Below, in pieces: positions 7,338 to 15,524 of a DNA stretch of 64,000 nucleotides. Under the pieces are notes generated by a model. That model saw only the letters and a program-made list of their open reading frames with translations, did no database searches and had not been told where the DNA came from. The DNA is from an uncultured Acidobacteriota bacterium (lineage in GTDB: Bacteria > Acidobacteriota > Vicinamibacteria > Vicinamibacterales > SCN-69-37), in contig CAVVWN010000014.1 of assembly GCA_963752045.1 (NCBI GenBank), forward strand, positions 332,033 through 396,032, written 5' to 3'. The translations under genes were made by a program, and so were the position numbers. Every line of letters starts with the position of its first letter. The stretch's first letter is position 1.

Positions 7338-9373
7338 CGGCCCAATTCCCGCACGCGCCCCAGCGCGAAGCTCGAGAACCTGTACTGTCCCTGCCAGTAC
7401 ATCCACCACGGGTCGATCGCGCTCGATTGTTCGGACTGGACGTCCTCGGCAAGCGCGGCTGCAGCCTCCCGGTCACCCTGGACGAGCAGCACGTTCATCA
7501 GCGCAACCCGCGCCGACTGCGCCGCCGGCAGGACAGCGAGCGCCTCACGAAAGGCGGCCGCGGCCTCGTCCTGCCGCTCGAGCGCCACGAGCGTGTTGCC
7601 GAGAACGAGCGCGTGCAGGTAGCGGATCGCTTCGTCCTGAATGGGCTCGGCGCCCGCCGCGGCCAGAAGGTCCAGCGCCTCTTCGTTACGATCCAGGCGA
7701 CAGAGAAGCCACGCCAGTCGGACGCGTGCCTCGGCCGCGACGGCCGGCAGTTCGGCAGCCGCTCTGTAACGGCTGATGACCGTCTCGGGATCCGCGCTCC
7801 CGTCCTGATTCATCCTGCCACGGCCGTCGGCGCGGGACATCGACACAGACCGGAGGGCGATGGCGGCCTGGTCGCTGACGATGGCGCGCGAGAGGACGAA
7901 ACGCGGCTCGGCCGGGAATCGCTCGAGGGCGCGCGTGACGATGGGTTCGACTTCACGCGGGCGAAGCGAGCCTTCGGCAAGCGTGATGGCGGCGAAGTGC
8001 CAGTAGAGCTCGAATCCGTCGGGCGCGAGTGGATGGCGCACGAGCCTCGCGAACCGCTGAAGCAGCGCTTGCGCGGCCAGACGTGTCTGCGGCAGCTCAG
8101 ACTCGAACAGGCCCGTGTGGACCAGCTCGAGCACGAAGGCGGCTTCGCGGCGGGGAGTGGCCGGCCACGGGTTCCCGGCTCGGTCGAAGTCGCGAATCAG
8201 TCGGCCGGGATCGCGTGCGTTCCCAAGACCCGCGGTGAGCCGCTGAAAGTCCCCCCGGCCGTACGCGGCCGTGAGTTCTTCGAGCGACTCGGGAACGTCC
8301 GGTTCCTCCACGGGTTCAGGTGGGGCCGCCGCGGCCTCGACGCCGTAGCCGTTCCGGGCGCGCACCGTGTACGACCGCGAGCCGGGCACGGTGACATCGA
8401 TCGCGTGCCAACCTTCACGCTCGACGCCCTGGGGTGTGTAGCGCAGCATGTAGCCCGATCGGAAATCGTCGAACACCCGCCTGAATGTGTTCTCGAGCGA
8501 CGGCACCCGCGTCACCGTCGTCTGGTGCAGCGCGCCGCCCGTCGACTCGGCTGCGGCTTTGAGGACCCGACCTTCGGGCAGCAGCTCGTGCACTGGTCCC
8601 GGCCCGATCAACTGGCGCCGCACGGGCACCCAGAACCGCCTGGTCGGCCAGCAGAATCCCATGAACGCGCACTGGAATGCGCCATCGGCCACGTCGTTGT
8701 CGAATCCGGTTTCGTCAATCACGATGTGGACGAGCGCATCGGACTGCCGCGCGACGGCCTCGACGGCGGCGGCACCGACCGCGCTCATCGTGTCGAGGCC
8801 CCTCGTTTCGGCGATCACGATGTGCCGGCGCGCGGGCTCGACCGGCCGGAGGAGCGCCGTCGTCAGCGTGTCGTAGAACGAGGCGAGGCCGTCGAACTCG
8901 ACGCGCTGAATGGGCCGCTGCTCCGCCACTGGCGCGAGCGGCCAGACCCTGACAACGGACTGGTCGACGACAAAGAGTCTCACACGGTCGTCGGGACGGA
9001 GCAGCGTCGTGATGCGGTCCACGTCGGCCTGGAGGGCGCTGGCGACATCGGAGGCCGGACGTCGTCGAGACGCGGGCCGTCGCGGATTCCCGCTGAGATC
9101 GACAACGAGGGTGAGGTCGATCGGCACCGCGGTCGCCTCGACGCTCTCGACGCGCTGCAGGACACCGTTGTCTTTGAGCTGGAAGTCGCCGGCGCTGAGC
9201 CCGGTCACGGGCTGGCCGCCGTCTCTCACGGAGACGTCGACCAGTACTACGTCGGTACCGGCCCGGAAGGTCTGGCGCTCCTGCGCGCTCACGATGCTGC
9301 TTGACCTCGCGGAAGCGACGGCCGCGACGGCCAGCGCGACGAGCGCGGCTGCTCCGAGGCGACGACCGATCAT
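7334..9373 (-). CDS. VWFA-related domain protein with a C-terminal TPR-like region
   Basis: 679 aa. The N-terminus is paralogous to the downstream gene (TFRAGTDVVLVDVSVRD...FQLKDNGVLQRV...IDLTLVVDLSGN). The C-terminal helical repeats end in DPWWMYWQGQYR. Confidence 0.85.
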   Translation of the reverse strand: MIGRRLGAAALVALAVAAVASARSSSIVSAQERQTFRAGTDVVLVDVSVRDGGQPVTGLSAGDFQLKDNGVLQRVESVEATAVPIDLTLVVDLSGNPRRPASRRRPASDVASALQADVDRITTLLRPDDRVRLFVVDQSVVRVWPLAPVAEQRPIQRVEFDGLASFYDTLTTALLRPVEPARRHIVIAETRGLDTMSAVGAAAVEAVARQSDALVHIVIDETGFDNDVADGAFQCAFMGFCWPTRRFWVPVRRQLIGPGPVHELLPEGRVLKAAAESTGGALHQTTVTRVPSLENTFRRVFDDFRSGYMLRYTPQGVEREGWHAIDVTVPGSRSYTVRARNGYGVEAAAAPPEPVEEPDVPESLEELTAAYGRGDFQRLTAGLGNARDPGRLIRDFDRAGNPWPATPRREAAFVLELVHTGLFESELPQTRLAAQALLQRFARLVRHPLAPDGFELYWHFAAITLAEGSLRPREVEPIVTRALERFPAEPRFVLSRAIVSDQAAIALRSVSMSRADGRGRMNQDGSADPETVISRYRAAAELPAVAAEARVRLAWLLCRLDRNEEALDLLAAAGAEPIQDEAIRYLHALVLGNTLVALERQDEAAAAFREALAVLPAAQSARVALMNVLLVQGDREAAAALAEDVQSEQSSAIDPWWMYWQGQYRFSSFALGRVRELGR

Positions 9374-10500
9374 TGCGCGATCTCCGCGCGGAGCCGGCCG
9401 ATGAGCTGGGGCCAGAAGCGATCGTCGGCGTGGACGAACCCGCGCCAGGGATCGGGCGGCGGCGGGTCGGCGGCGAGCATGGCGCCGATGAGCTGCTGCG
9501 CCTCGGCACGCCGGCCGGCGCGCGCGGCGAGCGCCGCCAGCGCGATCGTCGCCGATGCGGCATTCGGCACCGCGGCAATCGCTTCCCGGTAGGCCGCTTC
9601 GGCATCGTCGTAGCGGCGGCGCTGCTCGTTCGCCTGTCCGCGGAAGTAGCGGGCCAGGAAGATCACGTACGGGTCGCGTGTGAGCCTCTCGACCCGTTCC
9701 AAGCTCGCGATGGCGTCGCCGGGATTCCTGTTGCGCATCTGCAACGCTCCCAGGCGCATCGTCGCCTCGCCCCCCACGTCCGGGTGGTCCTCGAGCGCTT
9801 CATATGCGGCGTGGGCCTCGGCAGGCCAGAACCGGTCGCGCGCGATGCCTTCGGCGAGCACGAATCGCATCTCGTCCGGAAACCGGGCTCTCGCATGCTC
9901 GAGATGCTTGATCTCGTCCTGGACGTTGCCGATTTCGGCGGTGCCCAGACCGCGTCCGATGCTCGGATCGCCCACCAGAAACTGGGCGTCTTCGGATCGT
10001 TGTGCCACAGAGAGCGCGGCAAGTTGCCACCAGCGCTCGACTGGTCGCGGCGTCTCGTCGCGCCTGAACAGCTCGCAACCCCATTCGACGAGGAGCGGCG
10101 GAGCCCTCCAGTACAGGACGCTCGGAGGTTGGGTGCACCCGCCTGTGGCGGCCGCTGGGCCCTCGGCGCACATCAGCGGCTGTCTCTGTATCCGCTTCCA
10201 GTCCCCCCACGCGCCGGCGCGCGCGGCCTCGAGCGCGAAGGTGGCGGCCACGAGCCGGCGTCGTTCACGCACGGCAGGCCCGGCTCCATCGATCCAGGCG
10301 GGACCGTCACGCCGGAGTTGTTCGAGGAGGTCATCGAAATCGACGCCGTCGGCCGCAAGCGCGCCGGCCACAGGTTCGAACTCACCGCTGGCGTAACGGC
10401 CGAGGAAGTCGACGACCGAGATCGGGACAGCGGCCGATTGGGCCCCGATGAAGCCCGCGCCGAGCAGGAACACCGGAACCAGGACTGAGTACGATCTCAT
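9370..10500 (-). CDS. exported TPR-like hypothetical protein
   Basis: 376 aa with signal peptide MRSYSVLVPVFLLGAGFIGAQS. Its C-terminal helical repeats (..DPWRGFVHADDRFW..) resemble the C-terminus of the 679-aa protein. There is an ATGA overlap with the next gene. Confidence 0.75.
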   Translation of the reverse strand: MRSYSVLVPVFLLGAGFIGAQSAAVPISVVDFLGRYASGEFEPVAGALAADGVDFDDLLEQLRRDGPAWIDGAGPAVRERRRLVAATFALEAARAGAWGDWKRIQRQPLMCAEGPAAATGGCTQPPSVLYWRAPPLLVEWGCELFRRDETPRPVERWWQLAALSVAQRSEDAQFLVGDPSIGRGLGTAEIGNVQDEIKHLEHARARFPDEMRFVLAEGIARDRFWPAEAHAAYEALEDHPDVGGEATMRLGALQMRNRNPGDAIASLERVERLTRDPYVIFLARYFRGQANEQRRRYDDAEAAYREAIAAVPNAASATIALAALAARAGRRAEAQQLIGAMLAADPPPPDPWRGFVHADDRFWPQLIGRLRAEIAQ

Positions 10501-10582
10501 CGGTTGGCCTGTGCCTGTAAGTGTGCCGGCCAGTTTATAGCGGTTTGCAGTCCTCCGCAGCCGCGCGGGAGGTGGAGATTTG

Positions 10583-10636
10583 CACAGGAGGGGGACGGGT
10601 CTTGCTCGCGCAAGCGAGACCCGTCCCCCTCCTGTG
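10583..10636 (-). terminator. very stable GC-rich hairpin directly after the TonB-dependent receptor stop
   Basis: CACAGGAGGGGGACGGGTCT ... AGACCCGTCCCCCTCCTGTG forms a perfect 20-bp stem (10583-10602 / 10617-10636) with further pairing inside. It starts 1 nt after stop codon 10637-10639 and has no U-tract. Confidence 0.5.
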
Positions 10637-12784
10637 TCAGAATCGGAGGCGGACGCCGCCGTTCACGACACGCCCCTCGAGCGGGGCCCAGGCGTCAACG
10701 GTCCAGCGGCCGTCGACCGCGCGCGAGGGCCGCAAAAGGGGATCCCATCGTGACTGCCGGACGCCGGTCAGGTTCTCGCCGTTGACGAACAGGCTGAACG
10801 ATCCGAATCGACGCTCGGCGAGCAGCCCGATGATGACGTAGGGCTCGCTGGTCGTTCTGTACGGATCGGCTTCCACTCGCTGGCGCCCGGTCACGTACAT
10901 CTCGAAACCCACCCGCCCCCACTCGTCGGACTCGACCATCGCGACAATCCCCGCGCTGTGCCGTGGCGTGAGCGCCACCGCCTGCGAACGCCCGGCGTCG
11001 GTCTCGCGCGAGTCGACGAACGTGTAGCTGCCCGTGATCGAGAAGGGCTCGTGCCGGTACGTGGCCAGTAGCTCGACGCCGGCGTTGGTCGTCCGGCCGT
11101 CGAGATTGCGCATCTGATACACGTCGTCGCGGTCCACGACGATGGAATCGTCAATCCACGATGCGAAGAGCGTGGCGTTCCAGGCAAGCGGCCCGGCGGC
11201 GTGGCCAAGATCGACCGACACGCTGCGCCCGCGCTCCGCGATGAGCGGCGCTGGCACTTCGAGCCGCGTCAGCCCGGCGGCCTCGGTTTCTTCTGTCAGA
11301 TAGGTCGGCCCGAAGAAGCCGGTGCCGAACGACACCCGGCTCGTCCACCCGTCGCGCCGCAGGAGCGCCGAGACGCGCGGGCTCGCGAAGAAGCCGTACT
11401 CGCTGTGCCAGTCGAGGCGCCCGCTGGCGGAAATCGACAGCCACGGGCGCACGTCCACGTCGTCCTGCACAAAGATGCCCGGCGTCGTGAACTCGTAGGC
11501 GAACCGCGGCACGTCGGTCGGCTGGTACCGGTCGTGCTCGATTGCGGCGCCGGCCACCCAGGTGTGGCGGCCGGCACCGCCACGGACGGTTGCCTCGCCG
11601 AAGAGCGTCGTGTGCCGGTCGCGCTCGCGCGCGTCACCGAACGTGTGGTCGTGGCGTTGCGAGGCTCCGGCAGCGCGGGCCGTCACGACGTACTTGCCCG
11701 AGAGGATCGTCTGCCCCACGAAGCCCCCGTCGACGCGAGTCGTCTCGAGCGCTTCGCGATAGGTGTCGCCGGTGGCCGGCAGCACGGCACCGTAGACGGT
11801 GCCTCCGGCCCGCCGCTCCTCGGTGTAGCCGACGGTGGCGAAGAGGGATCTGCCCGCGCCGTCGTCCCAGGAGAACCTCGGTCGCAGGACTGCCCGCGTG
11901 AAGGAAGCGAGATCGGCCCAGCCGTCGTCGTCCACGTCGACCTGCCCCTGGCGATGCGCGCTCGCCAGCACCGTGAGTCCGGCGCGCTCGGCCATCGGTG
12001 TCGCCAGCCAGAACACGGCGTCGGTGCCGCCTCGCGACGTCTGGTTCACGAGGAACTCACGCTCGGGCGCTCGGCCCGGCCGGCGCGACAGGAGGTTGAC
12101 GACGCCGCCCATCGCGCCCGCGCCGTACATCGCAGATGCCACGCCCTTGATCACCTCCACCTGACCGAGGTCCATGGGCGGTATCTGGAGCAGGCCCAGT
12201 CCGCCGGGCTGCTCGCCGTAGAGCGGAAGGCCGTCGGAGAGAAAGCGCGTGTAGCGACCGCGCATGCCCTGGATGCGCACGGTGGCGGCGCCGAGCGAGG
12301 GCGACGTGGTCTGCACGCGCAGACCGCCCATTTCGTTCAGCATCATGACGATGTCGCCCGGCGTCATGAGCATCTTCTCTTCGATTTCCTCACGGCCGAT
12401 GACTTCGACGCGAGTCGGCTGGTCTTCAATCCGTCGGCCCGTGCGCGTCGAGGCGACCACGACGACTTCCTCCTCGACGGTCGGCAGCGGCACGAGCGTC
12501 ACCGGTACGACGACGAGCGGTCCCTGAGCAAGGACGAGATCGACATGTGCCTCGAGAAACCCGTCCAGGCGCACGACCAGCACGACCGGGCCTGGCGGAA
12601 GCGTGAGACGCACGACGCCATCGTCGCCGGTCAGCTCGGTGCGCGCGCCCGCCTGGACGGACGCACCCGCGATGGGACCATCCGGCGTGCGGACGTTCAC
12701 CTGGAGTGTGACGGCTGGCTGCTCGGCGCGAACGCCGGCGGCCATACACAGCACGATGCCGGCGAACCACACAGCGCGGCGCAC
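10637..12784 (-). CDS. TonB-dependent receptor with an N-terminal carboxypeptidase-regulatory-like domain
   Basis: 715 aa with a GTG start and a signal peptide. The plug motifs are RIEDQPTRVEVIGREEIE and GGLRVQTTSPSLGAATVRIQGMRGRYTRFLSDGLPLYG. The C-terminus ends ...RLRF. Confidence 0.9.
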   Translation of the reverse strand: MRRAVWFAGIVLCMAAGVRAEQPAVTLQVNVRTPDGPIAGASVQAGARTELTGDDGVVRLTLPPGPVVLVVRLDGFLEAHVDLVLAQGPLVVVPVTLVPLPTVEEEVVVVASTRTGRRIEDQPTRVEVIGREEIEEKMLMTPGDIVMMLNEMGGLRVQTTSPSLGAATVRIQGMRGRYTRFLSDGLPLYGEQPGGLGLLQIPPMDLGQVEVIKGVASAMYGAGAMGGVVNLLSRRPGRAPEREFLVNQTSRGGTDAVFWLATPMAERAGLTVLASAHRQGQVDVDDDGWADLASFTRAVLRPRFSWDDGAGRSLFATVGYTEERRAGGTVYGAVLPATGDTYREALETTRVDGGFVGQTILSGKYVVTARAAGASQRHDHTFGDARERDRHTTLFGEATVRGGAGRHTWVAGAAIEHDRYQPTDVPRFAYEFTTPGIFVQDDVDVRPWLSISASGRLDWHSEYGFFASPRVSALLRRDGWTSRVSFGTGFFGPTYLTEETEAAGLTRLEVPAPLIAERGRSVSVDLGHAAGPLAWNATLFASWIDDSIVVDRDDVYQMRNLDGRTTNAGVELLATYRHEPFSITGSYTFVDSRETDAGRSQAVALTPRHSAGIVAMVESDEWGRVGFEMYVTGRQRVEADPYRTTSEPYVIIGLLAERRFGSFSLFVNGENLTGVRQSRWDPLLRPSRAVDGRWTVDAWAPLEGRVVNGGVRLRF

Positions 12785-12789
12785 GGATG

Positions 12790-13167
12790 TCAGCGGCGCT
12801 TGACGGCCTTGCGAACGCGCGCGGCCGTCCGGCGGGCGGTCTTTCGAGCCCGGTTGACGGTCTTGCCGGCGCGGCGAGCGGCCTTCTTGACGCGCTTGAC
12901 GGCCTTGGCTGTGCGCTTGCCGGCCTGCTTCTGCGTCTTGCGCGCGGTCCGGCGCAACTTGCGTACGGTGCGGGCGGCACGCTTGCGCGTGGTCTTCGTG
13001 ATGGCCGCGGCTTCCTTCCGCGCGGTCCGCACGGCCGCCCCGGCGCCGGCAATCGCCCGCGCGCCTGCGTCCTCCACGGCCTCGGCGCGCGCCGTCGCGC
13101 GACCGAGCGTCGCGCCGATCCTCTCGGCCGCAGCGTTCATCTTCCGGTTGCCTCTGTTCTTAGCCAT
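12790..13167 (-). CDS. histone H1-like Lys/Arg/Ala-rich basic repeat protein
   Basis: ATG 13167 is preceded by AAGGAGG (reverse complement of 13171-13180). The sequence runs MAKNRGNRKMNAAAERIG... followed by degenerate basic repeats (RKRAARTVRKLRRTARKTQKQAGKRTAKAVKRVKKAARRAGKTVNRARKTARRTAARVRKAVKRR). Confidence 0.65.
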   Translation of the reverse strand: MAKNRGNRKMNAAAERIGATLGRATARAEAVEDAGARAIAGAGAAVRTARKEAAAITKTTRKRAARTVRKLRRTARKTQKQAGKRTAKAVKRVKKAARRAGKTVNRARKTARRTAARVRKAVKRR

Positions 13168-13240
13168 CAGGCGCCTCCTTCGGCGAGGGAACTCTCTCAC
13201 GAGTATATGAAAGATGACCGGTCACGACTCGCAGAAGCGG

Positions 13241-14015
13241 TCAGCGGCGGGATGTGACGTCGCGCAGCAGTTCGACTGCGACCTCGCGCGCGCGGTCCTG
13301 CTGGGACTCCCGGGAGATCGTCGCGCGACAGTCGTTGAACTGCGATCCGTAGTACCCGAACTGCGCGTGGTTGCCCCCGGCGATCTCGACCCACCGGACA
13401 TCAAGGGGCAGCAGGTGCGCGTTGGCCCTTTGCGGCCTCCGGGCTCGCCACGCAGTCGTGCTCGGCGAGGACCTTCACGACGGGAATGGTCAGCTCGCGC
13501 AGGTTCTGGTCGCGCGGATGGGTCGTGGCGATGAGCAGGAGGCCATCGAGCTCGTCGCCGTGCTCATCGGCAAACCGGGCTGAGAGCGCCGCGCCGCGTG
13601 AATGTCCGGAGAGCACGATCGGCCGGGCCGCGCCCCACGCCGTACGCACGAGCCCTGTCCGGCGCCAGACCTCTTCCCGACTACCGTCGGTGGGCGCTAC
13701 CCGGTACGGCAGTCGCACAATGGCGGACGCAAATCCGGCCTCCGCGATGCTTCGCACGAACGGCACATATGCGCGCCAGTCCACGGCCCCGCCCGGCAGG
13801 AACACGAAGCCGGCGCGCTCAGCCTCCTCCGTCGCGGGGCGAAACAGCGTGGCGCCGTCGTGGATCTCGACGATGATGGCGGCGTCCGACTCGAGGAGGG
13901 ATGCCGGCACTCCGTGCGCCTGCATGCTCCAGAACATCCAGCCGAGAAGGGCCACGCCGGCCGTGGCCCACACGCGACGAAACCACCATCGAACCGGCCG
14001 GCGTGCGTTCGGCAT
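13241..14015 (-). pseudogene. alpha/beta hydrolase, reading frame broken by one extra base in a G-run (or a sequencing error)
   Basis: ORF 13401..14015 has GFVFLPGG and the nucleophile elbow LSGHSRGA, and stops at 13401. The family-typical C-terminus LLPLDVRWVEIAGGNHAQFGYYGSQFNDCRATISRESQQ...RR* continues in another frame to stop 13241-13243. The junction is at AAAGGGCC (13424-13431). Confidence 0.75.
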
Positions 14016-14025
14016 GGTGCGAATC

Positions 14026-15462
14026 CTACGCCGGGCCGTCGAGATCGCTCACGATTTCGTGGCCCTCCGACGTCTCGAGCTCCTTCCAGATCAGCACGCT
14101 GTGTGTCTCGGGCAGGAGCATCGAGCCGATGAGAAACGTCGCGCCGGCGATCGCGATCGGATAATAGAGGCCCGCGTAGATGTTGCCGGTATTCGCCACG
14201 ATCGACAGGCCGACGACCGGCAGGAGCCCTCCGAAGACGCCATTGCCGATGTGGTACGGAAGCGACAGGGCCGTGTACCGGATCCTCGCAGGGAACGCCT
14301 CGACCAGGTAGGCGGCGATCGGACCGTACACCATCGTGACGAACACCACCTGTACGAACACGAGCAGCATCAGTTGCCATGCGGAGCCGTTGGCCATCAA
14401 CTCGGACAGTCCGGTGTACGGCAGCACCTGCTCGGCCGTCTGCGCCACGCCATCGACCATCGTCTGCGGCACGAGGCTGATGGCTCCGGTGGTGGGATTG
14501 CGCTGCGACACCACCGTGTCGACCCCCGAGCCGGCGGCGTCGCGCATGGCGTGGTAGATCGGCACGTAGGAGATCGCCGCAAGCAGGCAGCCGGCCATCA
14601 TGATCTTCTTGCGTCCGATGCGGTCCGAGAGCGCGCCGAAGACGACGAAGAGCGGCATGCCCAGCAGCAACGCGCCGGCCACGATGTAGTTGGCCGACGT
14701 CGGATGAACCTTGAGGATGGTCTGCAGATAGAAGAGCGCGTAGAACTGGCCTGTGTACCACACCACTCCCTGACCGGCCGTCGCGCCGAAGAGCGACACG
14801 AGCACCCGCTTGAGGTTGTCGCGCTGGGTGAAGGCTTCGCGGAGCGGGCGGGCCGACGTCATGCCGGCGCCCTTGATGTAGCTGAAGATCGGTGACTCCT
14901 CCATCCGCATCCGGATGTAGAGCGAGACGACCACGAGCACGATCGAGATGAGGAAGGGCACCCGCCAGCCCCAGTCGCGGAAGGCCTCGTCGCTCATCGC
15001 GTTCTGCACGATCAGGACGACGGCGAGCGAGACGAACAGGCCGAGCGTGGCCGTGATCTGGATGAAGCTCGTGTAGAAGCCGCGGCGGCCGTCGGGCACG
15101 TGCTCGGCCACGTAGACGGCGGCGCCGCCGTACTCACCCCCGAGCGCGAGCCCCTGCGCGATCCGTATCGCCAGGAGCGCGATGGGCGCGGCCATGCCGA
15201 TCGTGGCGTACGTGGGCAGGAACCCCACGAGCGCGGTCGCGCCGCCCATCATCACGAGCGTGACGACGAACGCGTACTTGCGGCCGACCAGATCGCCGAT
15301 GCGGCCGAAGAACAGCGCGCCGAACGGCCGCACGACGAAGCCGACCGCGAACGTCGACAGATACGCAATCAGCGCCAGCGTCTCGTTACCCGGCGGGTAG
15401 AACAGCGGCGAGATGATCGTGGCCAGACTGCCGAAGATGTAGAAGTCGTACCACTCGATCAT
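14026..15462 (-). CDS. MFS transporter, metabolite:H+ symporter (MHS/ProP-KgtP-like) family
   Basis: 478-aa ORF with MIEWYDFYIFGS, GRIGDLVGRKY and 12-TM-like hydrophobicity. This is the minimal call from the first canonical ATG. The conserved TM1 sequence continues upstream, so the true start is probably near 15528 (see finding). Confidence 0.85.
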   Translation of the reverse strand: MIEWYDFYIFGSLATIISPLFYPPGNETLALIAYLSTFAVGFVVRPFGALFFGRIGDLVGRKYAFVVTLVMMGGATALVGFLPTYATIGMAAPIALLAIRIAQGLALGGEYGGAAVYVAEHVPDGRRGFYTSFIQITATLGLFVSLAVVLIVQNAMSDEAFRDWGWRVPFLISIVLVVVSLYIRMRMEESPIFSYIKGAGMTSARPLREAFTQRDNLKRVLVSLFGATAGQGVVWYTGQFYALFYLQTILKVHPTSANYIVAGALLLGMPLFVVFGALSDRIGRKKIMMAGCLLAAISYVPIYHAMRDAAGSGVDTVVSQRNPTTGAISLVPQTMVDGVAQTAEQVLPYTGLSELMANGSAWQLMLLVFVQVVFVTMVYGPIAAYLVEAFPARIRYTALSLPYHIGNGVFGGLLPVVGLSIVANTGNIYAGLYYPIAIAGATFLIGSMLLPETHSVLIWKELETSEGHEIVSDLDGPA

Positions 15463-15524
15463 CGTGCCGACGGCCGACGCGCCGATGACGGGCCAGACCG
15501 ACGACGTGGGCGGACGGACTGCGC

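Noticed and set aside
12785-13240. Looked for a cobalamin or other riboswitch upstream of the TonB-dependent receptor
   Set aside because: Only 5 nt separate the receptor from the upstream basic-protein gene. The 74-nt region upstream of that gene is too short and lacks any B12-box-like sequence.
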